Below are positions 27,901 through 37,244 of a DNA stretch of 49,268 nucleotides, in pieces. The position numbers and the translations under genes are program-made. The notes under the pieces were generated by a model. It made no database searches and was not told the origin of the DNA. It worked only from the letters and a program-made list of their open reading frames with translations. This stretch comes from a virus. Lineage: Duplodnaviria; Caudoviricetes. The DNA is taken from positions 1 through 49,268 of IMG/VR virus record IMGVR_UViG_3300011415_000006; one strand, written 5' to 3'. Positions within the stretch are counted from its first letter, which is position 1, and each line of letters opens with the position of its first letter.

Positions 27901-28103
27901 GGGCCAACAATCGGATTGAAACAGTACCGCATCTCAACTGTTGTGCCGGTTACTAATAACGTCCAAACGTTGCCAAGCGAATCCGATACAACGCCACCAG
28001 CCTGTGTCGTCACGACAATCAGGTTGGCACCTATCGTATTGACTGGCCCGACGCCTACGCTTCCGGCGGAACTTATAGCATCTGTTTCAACTATCAGCTT
28101 CAT
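24918..28103 (-). CDS. Multidomain tail protein with He_PIG Ig-like domain; C-terminus possibly distal-tail-like
   Basis: PLEITTTSLPNGTVTIPYS...GLTLSSSGLLYGTPT...FTVRATDS; follows the tape measure gene. Confidence 0.7.
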   Translation of the reverse strand: MKLIVETDAISSAGSVGVGPVNTIGANLIVVTTQAGGVVSDSLGNVWTLLVTGTTVEMRYCFNPIVGPSHTFSVTGAGLPIAVQAFAGVANEFPTIMSDATGTQPGEVTPATNNSLVLTTAICNTSTAIPAGYIGLANTTGTSGQSIVGVAYKLLATPAPENPTWTNAFASAVVVFRGEPLYEWKVESIVNTDGSPQNGWPATQGHIDLQSAAPAVYKTNQTPTGKPCVRFSGVSPVYMNGPTTRIKHLFVVAAYRGLVPPDSSEPLMTIDSNYNFYVDPTTPPLHWNPVARTHVYYRDGVLTDEIIPNQWAVYECILEDPVITDITRLCADQGGSMGQWDVAYIAGTDYQVTGSSLTATRQSLKDTYIEAPPIPLEITTTSLPNGTVTIPYSVQIVKVGGIGAVTFSKPTGTIPVGLTLSSSGLLYGTPTGTGSYGFTVRATDSVGAYDEQVYTLNVVALAPGSILAVPSVLQLATGVEGSLQIGGSVTLPAIPFGLRVDDFTWTGMYIGTLSAGEIIKSGATGYPNTNVVNVRNIPRGMSWTHYAGFDAYRLYDQQFYTAVQADTGWAIIVTGDFDSGSDEWDFWISISGAASDYTSTANEFDGILIQVTATQVIVSTSHLGGFLTRRAYPIPPDVTYFKGIWNCQYSGNRILGCGQRFDQYVSLYNTNNITAVLDPATDGTIRILDLQRFGVTVDVEGDRVVHLSHSEGGILGSTRDIPVHVSPLYIHPIHQPCGSLAIEGEIIPFESNGGKGGVFTASAGTILDGLRWQAPFGVGLVDFLYQIGGATATCELQVQPELRVLGVQEDGFYGEDMAQGEVLTLISTVVGVFSSPNYPSLITSAGVLTAPHAETDEVFGEKLVEVEVVGAMQTYTFKVRIQAMYPTPQFCGPDPQKWLPHDEDFLPNSLTMLGGTSQVKNRNDEGILIWDIGYVNLIESGDVACLCPPENPTCDCALATAERLSNFYRAMDGYVKYFTVVDIHSGELFKYVRITRFERNHDIFSHQQSRVVSLRQEGKWLFVPPVPDTGGGTLSAPMIIDDPPGIWPIEDDEQYPITEML

Positions 28104-28142
28104 TGCTTAGCCTTATAGGGCTCATATTGAGCCCCATCCTCT

Positions 28143-28340
28143 TTACTTACCCGAAAGTCCTAATGCCGAACCAAAGGTACCAATACCAAGAAGCAGAATC
28201 AACACCCACCAAACGAGTGGTGTAAAGTCGAAGGCCGGAGCCGGAGCGTTCACGATTGTTCGTGTACGATAGAATCCGAACCCGACGAAGATTGTTCCAA
28301 TGATAAAAATTAACCAGAAAAGTAGACCTGCTGTAACCAT
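28143..28340 (-). CDS. Small two-TM membrane protein (holin-like candidate)
   Basis: RBS AGGAGG; two hydrophobic helices; 65 aa. Confidence 0.65.
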   Translation of the reverse strand: MVTAGLLFWLIFIIGTIFVGFGFYRTRTIVNAPAPAFDFTPLVWWVLILLLGIGTFGSALGLSGK

Positions 28341-28348
28341 ATAGCCTC

Positions 28349-31300
28349 CTACGGAGCAGGGGCGAACGCCCACGAATTATCCGAGTTTCTCGTAAGATTC
28401 GTTAACTCCGTGTTCTTGTTGATAGCCTTGATATTCTTCTTAATAATGACACCATCATCTGTCCGAATATCCAACTGAATTAATACGCTAAGGGCTTGCT
28501 GTTTCAATAGTTCTTTATCTTTATCTGCGTCGTACTCTGTTGGCGTACCAGCATTTGCCGCCGCAGAGGACTGGCTGTTGCTGGCAGCGTTCCCCTCTGC
28601 CCCTCCAAGAAGTAATGCACCCGCACTAGCCGCGACCGCAACCGTACCCCAAGTGATAGCCGCCGCCGTTGCTTTACTAGCTATTTCCCACTCTCCGAAA
28701 ACGGCCGCTGAAATAGCAATGGCGGTATATTCTAATGCCTTAACGATTGCCTTTGCCGCTAATGCTTGAAGCTCGGCGGCTATCGCGTGCTTAATGGACT
28801 TGAGGGTAATCTCGTCCAGAGCCAGTATAGCGGCCCCCATCTGTCCAGCCGCCTTACCGATGTCCTTATATTTCTGTGGTATATCGTCAAGGCTGTCTCC
28901 GTAGTCGTCTACCTTCTTTTTGGACTCTTCCAATTCTGGCTCTTGAAACACATCGGTTTCGGACGGGGCCTCATCTAGCCACGGTTTATCTTCTTCTTTC
29001 TTCTCCTTCTTCTTATCAAATATACTATCGAAAACGTCACCCAAAATGCCAGTAACAGTTCCAGTGATGCCGCCGCCATATTTTTCTAGTCCGTCCGCCT
29101 GTTTCCTAAGTAATTCTTCCTCTAGGTCGCCACGACGCCTTAGCTGTTCAAGTTGCTCTTTGTGTAGCTTTCTAATATTTGCAATATCTTCGGCACTTCT
29201 ATTTGCCGCTTCCATCTTCATTATAAATATCTCTTGCTCCATCTGGAGCCGAGTTAATGCCAGTTGGGTTTCTAGCTGAGCGGCCGCAATCTCCATTTCA
29301 ATGATCTGCCGTTGGAGCTCATATTGAGCCCTACTGCCGCCCGTTATCATATCAAGAATATCTTGACCGACCCCTTTAATTCCAAGCCGTCCCAATCCCT
29401 TACTGCGGGCTTCGACAATCTGTCTCGATAGCTCTAGCTCTTCGCGGGTTGCCTTGTTAACTCTAAGCTGTTCAGTAAGAACATCTTCTCGGGTTTTGAG
29501 CTTTTCAAGTTCTGCGGACGGGGCTTCCTCGGCCGTCTTTCTAGCCTGTCGAATCAGTTCAAGAAGGGCAGTATAATCCTTTATGATTAATTGCAAGTTG
29601 GCTAAATCAACCTTGTCAGTAATACCGAACTTGTCATCTGATAACTGGTCGAGAAGGAAGCCGACTGCTTGGGCAGACTGTTCTAAGATGTTTAATTGTG
29701 CCGGTGTTATCTGCTTACCTGCTTGTATGTCTGCACCCAAACCTTGAACACCCTTAAAGAAATCACCAATCTGTTTCCAATCTTCGGGTGCTATAATATT
29801 ACTAATGTCGGTCTTGATGCCCTTAAGCCTGGCCCCAACGTCACCAAGTTTATTAAGTCCATCGACTAATTTATAGATAAGCTCGTTCTTAGTAAGTCTA
29901 TTTAATTCTCGTATAGTATAGTCTACAGTCTCTTGGTCTATCGTAGCACCTAGGGCTTCCATTTCACGAAGGACATCAAGGCTATCCAAGAGCACTCCTC
30001 GGTATTCCAACAGACTCTTCTCTAGGTCTTTAACGTTCCTTTCTTTTTGGTCGATGATCGACTCTAATAACTTCTCTTTGGTTACCCGCTCCTTCTTTTC
30101 AAGACCGCGAGTTTCTTTACCAGTCGATCGCTCAAGCCGACTAATAGCAATATCCTTTTCTGCTCTACTGCCGCCACCGGCTTCGATGGCAGCTTTCTGA
30201 GCGAGGAGCTTTTGTTGCATCGCCGTTTTGATGTTTGCGTAGGTCTGCGTTAGTCCGTCCAAGACCTGCGTAACATCTTTAATAGTCTCCTTCTCATTAA
30301 GATAGCCATCCCGTTGGGCTTCATAGATGGCTATTAAATCATCTTGAGCCTCAAGCTGGTCGGTAAGCGTGTCTTGAATGTTAGCTTTCTTTCTTAGTTC
30401 CTCACCCTCTTGAACGTCCTTATTAAACTGGTCAATTCTTTTCTGATTCTCTTCGTTGGCTTTATGAATCGCACCTGCCGCATATTGCGTTGCCTTAATA
30501 AGAAAGTCGGCTTGGAGTTTAAGTTTAGCAAAGTAGTCTCTCAATAAGGGTGCATTTTGAGCCCTAGCAATTCCCTCTACGCCCACGCCGCCGGTAAACT
30601 TTTGTGCTATCAAATCAAGAATACTCGGGAATATTGCACTTGGACGTTTCGCGTTCTCGTCATATATTTTGACCGCTTGAAGATAAAACTCTTTGAGAGT
30701 CCTGTCGGTTTCCTTCGCCGACAGTGCAAGTATATCTTCCCGTTGTTCACGGAATTTATCTTGAATGATAACAAAGCTCTCTCTTTGTTGTTGGTCTTGT
30801 GCATTTATTAGATTCTGTCTGTTTGCTTCTAAAACTTTTTCCCAGGCCGCCTGACGTTTCGTGGGGTCTGTTAGGTCGATACCGCCGATTGTCGTATCTA
30901 TCGCGGCGACCTTTTGTTCTCCTGCGGCCTGCCGCCTTCGCCCCTCTTCTTCATAGCCAGCCTTGCCCATTTCATAATGAGCATCACGCATCGCCTTGTT
31001 CTGCTTCTCTAGTTCGTCAGTCAACAGCTTCGCCGCGGCCGCAGTCTTGAGCAGTTCCTTTGTAAAATCGGCCTGTTGAAGGGTGACAGGCTGTGTGACT
31101 GCAAGCAGCTTTTCCTGTGCATCCGTTAGTTTGCCTGTCGCTACCTGATGTTCCTCGACGGCGTTCCTGGCTTTCTCGATCGCTTTGTCTATATCAAGAC
31201 CAAGCCACTTACTGATGGTTGTGACGACAGCATCGAGGACAACAGATGCCGTCCTAAAACTATTAAGCCATTCGAGCAACAAAAGGTGATTCTTCTTAAG

Positions 31301-33127
31301 TGCTAGGTCGAGGTCTCCCTCTAATATATTAGAAAGCAGTCCAAGACTAAATTCCAGCTTATCGAAAACACTAAGAACCTTAGTGAGGGCACTCCACAAA
31401 TCAAAGACGGTTCCAACTATTGCACCAAGGCCGAGCTTAAACTGTTGACCTTTTTCAGTCTGACCAAGTAAGAAATAGAGTTTACCAACAACATCAGTTA
31501 GTTGCGTAACTACTTTGAAAGCACTTGCGGCTTCCTTTACTATCGTTTGGAAAAGCCGGAGTGCCGCATCTCTCGCACCAGCAATATTATTAACCAGAAC
31601 ATCACCAATGAGAACCGTAATCGCGGTTATAGCTATACCGATTGGCCCAAACATCGAAGGTAGGCGGGTTAGAAAAGCGGCTAACCGACCGAACGTACCA
31701 CCAGCGGCCAGGTGGGTAGCTAACAAGGTTTCGAGGTCTGCCGTGGCGACTAATGCGGCTTTCGTGCTACCCGTAAGAAGTCCGATGCCTAATCCGATAG
31801 TGCGGATAACATACGCAACACCACCTATCACCACGCCTAACGTGCCGAGCGTAAAGATAAGTGGGCCAAGTGCCGCAGTCAAGGCCAGAATCCCTAGAAT
31901 GAGATTCTGCATAAATGGAGATAACGCCTCAAACTTTTTGAGTAAACCGTCTAAGGCAGGAAAGACTTTCTGATGAACAAAATCAACGAAGGCCGCCAAT
32001 TCATCTTTATAGACCCGTCCGATACGATCTGCCCAGAGCTCAAATTGAACCCTAATGTTTTTGATTTTGGTAGCTAAATCTTGGATGGCCGGCAGTTGAG
32101 ATAATTTTGTTAAGGCCTCGATGAGAATAGCCTGTTGGTCACCGGCGTTTTTACCACTAGCGGCAATCTCATCGTAGATTGTTTTCAATGCCGGAGCAAG
32201 GGATAGTGTCTTTTCCAGATTGGCGACGTTACCACCACCAAGAATATCCTGAATCTGTCCAAAGAAGCCGAGCTTTTCAGAGGGCTCAATCGTGGACATA
32301 ACCTGACTCAAGCCTTTTGACACCTTCTCAAAAAGCTGGTCAGTGATAGCTCCGCGGGTTGCCTCAAACAAGCGAGAGTAGAGAGTGACCATCGCATCCA
32401 AATCAAGGTTGCGAAGTTTTGCCGCCTCACCTACTGCCTCTATCGTTTTTCCAACCTGCTCCATCGAACGGCCGCCGCGTTCACGGAGTAAGGTTTCTAG
32501 GGTATCAAACTTAAGGGTAGTATCAAGAATCTGCTTACCCATTCGAGCCATCGGCATTGTGACGTTGTACGTCATAAATGCCCCAAGCTGTTGCAAGGCA
32601 AAGCCACCGACTACGGCACCTTTGAAGAACTCGTTGAACCGTCTGGATGATTCTCTTATTTGGTGATTAGCGGAAGTGAGGCTTTTTTCGACTCGATTCA
32701 CTGTCTTATCGAAGTCGAGCATCTCGTTCTCAAGCTGACGCATCGCAATGATGTCGGCTTTCGTGAGATTGATACCTTCTTCCTGCTTGATGTGGAGGCG
32801 GGTTAAGGTTTTAATGTACCGTTCGACAGTACGCTCAAGAGACTGAACCGCACCTTCGGCCTGTCGCTTATTGATAAGGTCTGCACCAACAGTGGCTTCG
32901 ACACGTTTCTTAAAAGCTCTTAGTTTTCCTTCAACGGTGTTTAAGGCCGCTTCATTAGTGCCTAACAATTCTAGGACGCGGTCAGTGGTTTTCTGTTGGC
33001 CTTTTCCGATGAGTCCTTGAGACAGCAGACCCATCCGCTTTCTGATTTCGTTGGCAAACCGCTCGAAATCATTCAACGCATCTCTTAGGTCAAACTCGCC
33101 TCTAAAAACTACATCTTCTGTCGCCAT
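28349..33127 (-). CDS. Tail tape measure protein
   Basis: 1592 aa, helical, central hydrophobic segment LTAALGPLIFTLG; follows the chaperone pair. Confidence 0.92.
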   Translation of the reverse strand: MATEDVVFRGEFDLRDALNDFERFANEIRKRMGLLSQGLIGKGQQKTTDRVLELLGTNEAALNTVEGKLRAFKKRVEATVGADLINKRQAEGAVQSLERTVERYIKTLTRLHIKQEEGINLTKADIIAMRQLENEMLDFDKTVNRVEKSLTSANHQIRESSRRFNEFFKGAVVGGFALQQLGAFMTYNVTMPMARMGKQILDTTLKFDTLETLLRERGGRSMEQVGKTIEAVGEAAKLRNLDLDAMVTLYSRLFEATRGAITDQLFEKVSKGLSQVMSTIEPSEKLGFFGQIQDILGGGNVANLEKTLSLAPALKTIYDEIAASGKNAGDQQAILIEALTKLSQLPAIQDLATKIKNIRVQFELWADRIGRVYKDELAAFVDFVHQKVFPALDGLLKKFEALSPFMQNLILGILALTAALGPLIFTLGTLGVVIGGVAYVIRTIGLGIGLLTGSTKAALVATADLETLLATHLAAGGTFGRLAAFLTRLPSMFGPIGIAITAITVLIGDVLVNNIAGARDAALRLFQTIVKEAASAFKVVTQLTDVVGKLYFLLGQTEKGQQFKLGLGAIVGTVFDLWSALTKVLSVFDKLEFSLGLLSNILEGDLDLALKKNHLLLLEWLNSFRTASVVLDAVVTTISKWLGLDIDKAIEKARNAVEEHQVATGKLTDAQEKLLAVTQPVTLQQADFTKELLKTAAAAKLLTDELEKQNKAMRDAHYEMGKAGYEEEGRRRQAAGEQKVAAIDTTIGGIDLTDPTKRQAAWEKVLEANRQNLINAQDQQQRESFVIIQDKFREQREDILALSAKETDRTLKEFYLQAVKIYDENAKRPSAIFPSILDLIAQKFTGGVGVEGIARAQNAPLLRDYFAKLKLQADFLIKATQYAAGAIHKANEENQKRIDQFNKDVQEGEELRKKANIQDTLTDQLEAQDDLIAIYEAQRDGYLNEKETIKDVTQVLDGLTQTYANIKTAMQQKLLAQKAAIEAGGGSRAEKDIAISRLERSTGKETRGLEKKERVTKEKLLESIIDQKERNVKDLEKSLLEYRGVLLDSLDVLREMEALGATIDQETVDYTIRELNRLTKNELIYKLVDGLNKLGDVGARLKGIKTDISNIIAPEDWKQIGDFFKGVQGLGADIQAGKQITPAQLNILEQSAQAVGFLLDQLSDDKFGITDKVDLANLQLIIKDYTALLELIRQARKTAEEAPSAELEKLKTREDVLTEQLRVNKATREELELSRQIVEARSKGLGRLGIKGVGQDILDMITGGSRAQYELQRQIIEMEIAAAQLETQLALTRLQMEQEIFIMKMEAANRSAEDIANIRKLHKEQLEQLRRRGDLEEELLRKQADGLEKYGGGITGTVTGILGDVFDSIFDKKKEKKEEDKPWLDEAPSETDVFQEPELEESKKKVDDYGDSLDDIPQKYKDIGKAAGQMGAAILALDEITLKSIKHAIAAELQALAAKAIVKALEYTAIAISAAVFGEWEIASKATAAAITWGTVAVAASAGALLLGGAEGNAASNSQSSAAANAGTPTEYDADKDKELLKQQALSVLIQLDIRTDDGVIIKKNIKAINKNTELTNLTRNSDNSWAFAPAP

Positions 33128-33139
33128 AACTGATAGGGC

Positions 33140-33385
33140 TCATTTTGAGCCCCTCCTTCCACCGAACTTACCTTTACCGTGAACACTGAGAAAGTTCTGT
33201 AAGTTTTCAACCTGTTGGTCGCTACTATCTTGAACTGCGGCCTTAATCCTCGCTTCCTGCGTCACCCACGCGTTGTACGCTAGGAAGTTTACTTCGTGTC
33301 TTAAGGTGTCCCCGACTATTCCTATCGCCTCCGCTGTCGTCGGGCCGTACATCTTCCACCACAAGGCTCCTTGTGTTTCGAGGAA
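33140..33385 (-). CDS. Tail assembly chaperone T-frame (C-terminus of a putative G-T fusion)
   Basis: +1 frame open from ~33418 to 33140, overlapping the G ORF directly before the tape measure gene. Confidence 0.55.
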   Translation of the reverse strand, partial: FLETQGALWWKMYGPTTAEAIGIVGDTLRHEVNFLAYNAWVTQEARIKAAVQDSSDQQVENLQNFLSVHGKGKFGGRRGSK

Positions 33386-34040
33386 ACTTCGCCAGCCTAT
33401 CTGCGGGAACAGAGGCTGTCACCTCCTTCTCTACTTTACCCTCGGGTGTGATAACGGGGGATTCGATCGGGATGCTCGGAATATCACCTTCGGGAATAGC
33501 TTTCATTAACTCCATTCCAACATTCAGTAGTTCCATTTCTGTGGCCAAGTCCACCCAAACGGCTATCGTAGACTCGTCGCCCTCATCATTTGCCTCCTCA
33601 GCCGCTTCTTTATTTGTAGTAAAAATAACCTTTACGGCATCCTTACGGTCGCTCCACCAAGCTCGAATGGCCTTCTGCATCAGATACTCGCGGCCAAGTC
33701 TGGACATAATGCCAACCATTTCAACCTGACTCTCGGTACTCTCATTAATACCGGCCGAAACCTCTTGAAGGATTTCATTTGCCAGTTTTGTTTTATTCTC
33801 AAGGGTTGCCTGCTCTCCCGCCTGAACGTTCGCAACCTTCTTCTGATAGTCTTTCGAGTATCGAAGAATCATTGTCGTAATGTGAGCCGACTCAATGATA
33901 AAAGCCATACTCGGAGGAACGCACTCGACTGACATCGGAGTACCCTCTTCGTCGCATAGCACATTAGCTGACCCGTAAAACTTGTAAACTAAGAAAGGCT
34001 GAACTGCTTTCAGCTTTTCTTTCATATGTCTAAGATTCAT
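33243..34040 (-). CDS. Tail assembly chaperone (gpG-like)
   Basis: Position upstream of the tape measure gene; acidic; RBS AGGAG; overlapping second frame. Confidence 0.7.
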   Translation of the reverse strand: MNLRHMKEKLKAVQPFLVYKFYGSANVLCDEEGTPMSVECVPPSMAFIIESAHITTMILRYSKDYQKKVANVQAGEQATLENKTKLANEILQEVSAGINESTESQVEMVGIMSRLGREYLMQKAIRAWWSDRKDAVKVIFTTNKEAAEEANDEGDESTIAVWVDLATEMELLNVGMELMKAIPEGDIPSIPIESPVITPEGKVEKEVTASVPADRLAKFPRNTRSLVVEDVRPDDSGGDRNSRGHLKTRSKLPSVQRVGDAGSED

Positions 34041-34068
34041 ATACGCTCCTAGGGCTCAATATGAGCCC

Positions 34069-35160
34069 CTATATTTGAACTGCCGTCCCATTAATCGTGG
34101 CCACGTTGCTCATCGACTGCCCGTTGAATGTAGCAACGTTCTCAACCTGCTCACCAATAACTGTGTCCAAATTATATGTAACTCCACCTACTTCTTGAAC
34201 CCAAGGTGTTGGATTAACACCGGTGTCTAACTCCCACGTTATAACAAGGACGGGTGTAGCAAAAGTATCAAAACTTACATAAATAGCGGAATTGGCAAGA
34301 TTCATTTCAGTCTGCTGGAATAACCAGGCAGAACCAGTGAACCAAATATACATATCTTGTGCCGCATAATAATAATAGGGTCTACTATTAATTATTCCAG
34401 TCTGAACATAGATACCATTGACTTCGGTAGTCCCCGCCAGACTAACATTGAGGTCGGGATAATTTACATCGACCGTATAGGTGATGAGACACATTCCAGC
34501 ACGGCCGCCACCACCTGCTCGGTTTGTTGCTGACGATGCCCTAGCACCACTACCTGCACCACCATACTTTGGAGCCGCCTGAGCATTAGTTCCGGTGCTA
34601 GTTGTGCCACTCCCACCACTACCAGAATAAGCTGTACCATTTAAGAAGGTTCCGGTATTACCCGTTCCCGCCGTATTACCGCTGGCCGCCCCTCCATTGG
34701 CTGTTGGGCCAGCGGCTCCACCGCCACCACCACCCACACTCGCAGGGTTACCGTTTCCGCCGTTTCCGCCTGTGAAGGTCGTGTCACCGAGGGCGGTTCC
34801 GTTTACACCTGTTGCCGCCCCAACCGCTTGGTCATTAGCTGTTGCCGCCGCCGTACCGTTTCCGCCGGTTGCTCTTGCGACGGGTGTGCCACCCTGCGAG
34901 ACTTCGGTAAAACCACCTGCCGCACCTGGGCCAGTCGTTGCTCCCGTACCGCCTGTTCCAATAGTAATCGAAAGCGAAGATTCAGCTCCTTTCGTAATAA
35001 CTTTCTTCGCATAGCCACCGCCTTTACCACCACCTGTACACGACGGACTACCTTCTGCCGCACCGCCCGTGCCACCACCACCAATAAGTTCGACAGTTGC
35101 AGAACTAACATCGGTTGGCCAATTCCAGTTACCTGATACTGTTATTAAGTCTGACGGCAT
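34069..35160 (-). CDS. Glycine-rich virion protein
   Basis: VELIGGGGTGG...GGGKGGGYAKK and multiple GG repeats. Confidence 0.75.
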   Translation of the reverse strand: MPSDLITVSGNWNWPTDVSSATVELIGGGGTGGAAEGSPSCTGGGKGGGYAKKVITKGAESSLSITIGTGGTGATTGPGAAGGFTEVSQGGTPVARATGGNGTAAATANDQAVGAATGVNGTALGDTTFTGGNGGNGNPASVGGGGGGAAGPTANGGAASGNTAGTGNTGTFLNGTAYSGSGGSGTTSTGTNAQAAPKYGGAGSGARASSATNRAGGGGRAGMCLITYTVDVNYPDLNVSLAGTTEVNGIYVQTGIINSRPYYYYAAQDMYIWFTGSAWLFQQTEMNLANSAIYVSFDTFATPVLVITWELDTGVNPTPWVQEVGGVTYNLDTVIGEQVENVATFNGQSMSNVATINGTAVQI

Positions 35161-35207
35161 ATCAAGAGAGGGCTCATTTTGAGCCCTATAGAGGCTTTAG
35201 CCGACCT

Positions 35208-35651
35208 CTACACTTTCGTTATATACGTAGTGACAAAGTCGAACTCAACGGTGGTTGCACTTATCGCCCACCCGATAACCTGTTGGACGTTTCCCGAACC
35301 AGAAGGGGCGGTTGCTGTTATACCGCCTGGGGTGGTAGATAAATAAAGATTCGCGTTAGGCGTCCACGCCCACGTATCGAAACGAACAACACCCTGTCTC
35401 AGAATTAAAGCCGGACTACCATTGGCTACCGCGGCAACTGCTAAACCACGAGCCGGCCACTTACCAGCGGCATCGGCGTCAGCTAAGAGCCAAGTAGAGG
35501 ATGCACCTATTAAAACTACTTGCCACTGTGCTAACGCTTCTCCCGCGTTCCTGTCGGCCAGAACGCGACCCGCATAAGAATTATTAGCACCAAGCAACGC
35601 ACTGGTGCTAATAACTGCTGGCAGTTGTCTTGTAGCTACTTGTGTTGGCAT
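35208..35651 (-). CDS. Virion decoration/cement-like protein
   Basis: LYLSTTPGGITATAPSGSGNVQQVIGWAISAT motif. Confidence 0.65.
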   Translation of the reverse strand: MPTQVATRQLPAVISTSALLGANNSYAGRVLADRNAGEALAQWQVVLIGASSTWLLADADAAGKWPARGLAVAAVANGSPALILRQGVVRFDTWAWTPNANLYLSTTPGGITATAPSGSGNVQQVIGWAISATTVEFDFVTTYITKV

Positions 35652-36475
35652 TATTTGCGATAGCTAACTCGAATCTTTTCTCCAGTTGCCGGAGCAACGC
35701 TCATCGTAATAACTGCACCTGCAATAGTGTAATCATCACCAGCATCAACTAGCAGTCCGTTTACGTGAACGTGCTCCGAACCGGCAACCGGAGTATTGGC
35801 CAACGTATAGGTTGTATTAGAACCATTCACGAGGCCAGTAGGGGTTTCTTTGTCAACGAAATTAGCGTTAGCCAATCCGACCGAACCGACTGTGACGTAA
35901 ACAATTGCAGTCGTATTAAGCGTTCCAGAGTCGTCAACGGTACAACGAAATTCTGCCGTACCGTTGCCAGCCGCTTGTGCACCTTCTGACACTGTGACGA
36001 CTTGGCCAGGAAATTCGTTCCAAGCGTCAGCATCAAGGGCACGAGTGAGTAAAGCGGCCGAGCCAGTCCAGATATAGATACCGTTCTGGCTTGGAGTAGA
36101 CTGATTCTTTAGCAGAACTCTATCACCACTAACCAGAGTAACACCATCCATTGTAGTGCCTGGACTGGCGAGCGTTACGGTTGCCGTCGAAGCAACTCTG
36201 GCTGAACGATACTTATAAATGGAAGCTAAGTTAGCAACCGCGTTTTCAACATCAACGATACGGGCGGCATCGGTGGAACCGACAGTCGGCGTACCCACGC
36301 TCGTTAACTTTTGGTTACCCATCGACTGAGCGGCGGTAAAAGGTACAGTACCAGTCCGTTTGATGAAGTCTGCACCCTCAGCCAATTTGGTGGTATCAAT
36401 CGCCGCTCCTGCCGCAATCTTAGAATTAGTTACTGCACCATCTTTTATTTGTCTTGTTACAATTTCGGTGGCCAT
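35651..36475 (-). CDS. Virion fibre/decoration protein
   Basis: GDRVLLKNQSTPSQNGIY; C-terminal ETPTGLVNGSNTTY...VNGL domain. Confidence 0.75.
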   Translation of the reverse strand: MATEIVTRQIKDGAVTNSKIAAGAAIDTTKLAEGADFIKRTGTVPFTAAQSMGNQKLTSVGTPTVGSTDAARIVDVENAVANLASIYKYRSARVASTATVTLASPGTTMDGVTLVSGDRVLLKNQSTPSQNGIYIWTGSAALLTRALDADAWNEFPGQVVTVSEGAQAAGNGTAEFRCTVDDSGTLNTTAIVYVTVGSVGLANANFVDKETPTGLVNGSNTTYTLANTPVAGSEHVHVNGLLVDAGDDYTIAGAVITMSVAPATGEKIRVSYRK

Positions 36476-36502
36476 AATATCTCCTAGGGCTCATTTTGAG
36501 CT

Positions 36503-37165
36503 CTATGCCTTCATATAAGTAACGGCAATCTCTTCACCCACTTCTAATGAGTATGTAAGAACGATAGTTTGGTCGCTTGTGTTATTAAAGTCGTCCGGCC
36601 GAGACTGTTGCAAACCATTCACATAAACGGTTAAAGTCTCTGGCACGAACGGAAAATCAGTTACGAATGTGGCGTTTGACCCATTAATTGGGCCGTTAGG
36701 AATCTCACCCACTATCCACTCTTCTTCGGTCGTGGGTGGAGGTTCTGGCGTGATAACGGTAGTCTCTCTGGTGGATACAGCCAGGAATATACGACCACGC
36801 GATATGAGGGTCTCAATTCCCTCAGCAAAGACTAATAATTCAAAATCGTTAATATTGCCTAAATCTTCCTTGGGAACAGTAAACGTAACCGCAACAACCT
36901 CACCGTCCTGAATGATGATATCTTCTGTTTCAGTTTGATAGACCCGTACTACGCCACAGTGCTTCCAGATAAGTTTTGCTAGAGAAACCTGAGTCGGGTC
37001 AACGCCAAAGGTGGAGCAGGTAACTATCACCTTTGCTCCACAATTCGACCGATTGACTTGCGTGAGTTCACGCATTTCAAAGACCAACGTCAAATCCTCA
37101 TCCGGTACTGTAACAACGGATAAGGATTGGAACGGCACGAACGGCTGTGCTAGAATGGCTTCCAT
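36503..37165 (-). CDS. Virion protein sharing its C-terminal domain with 35651-36475
   Basis: EIPNGPINGSNATF...VYVNGLQQ..DDF. Confidence 0.7.
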   Translation of the reverse strand: MEAILAQPFVPFQSLSVVTVPDEDLTLVFEMRELTQVNRSNCGAKVIVTCSTFGVDPTQVSLAKLIWKHCGVVRVYQTETEDIIIQDGEVVAVTFTVPKEDLGNINDFELLVFAEGIETLISRGRIFLAVSTRETTVITPEPPPTTEEEWIVGEIPNGPINGSNATFVTDFPFVPETLTVYVNGLQQSRPDDFNNTSDQTIVLTYSLEVGEEIAVTYMKA

Positions 37166-37171
37166 ATGGAT

Positions 37172-37216
37172 AAAAGAAGGGGTGGGCCGCGACTTCCTCG
37201 TGGACGACCCACCCTC
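37172..37216 (-). terminator. Intrinsic terminator after the tail tube gene
   Basis: Minus strand GAGGGTGGG...CCCACCCCTTCTTTT. Confidence 0.6.
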
Positions 37217-37244
37217 TGGGGGAAGGGCTCAAAAAGAACCCTAC

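Noticed and set aside
22059-28103. Diversity-generating retroelement acting on receptor-binding genes
   Set aside because: No reverse transcriptase and no TR/VR repeat pair seen.
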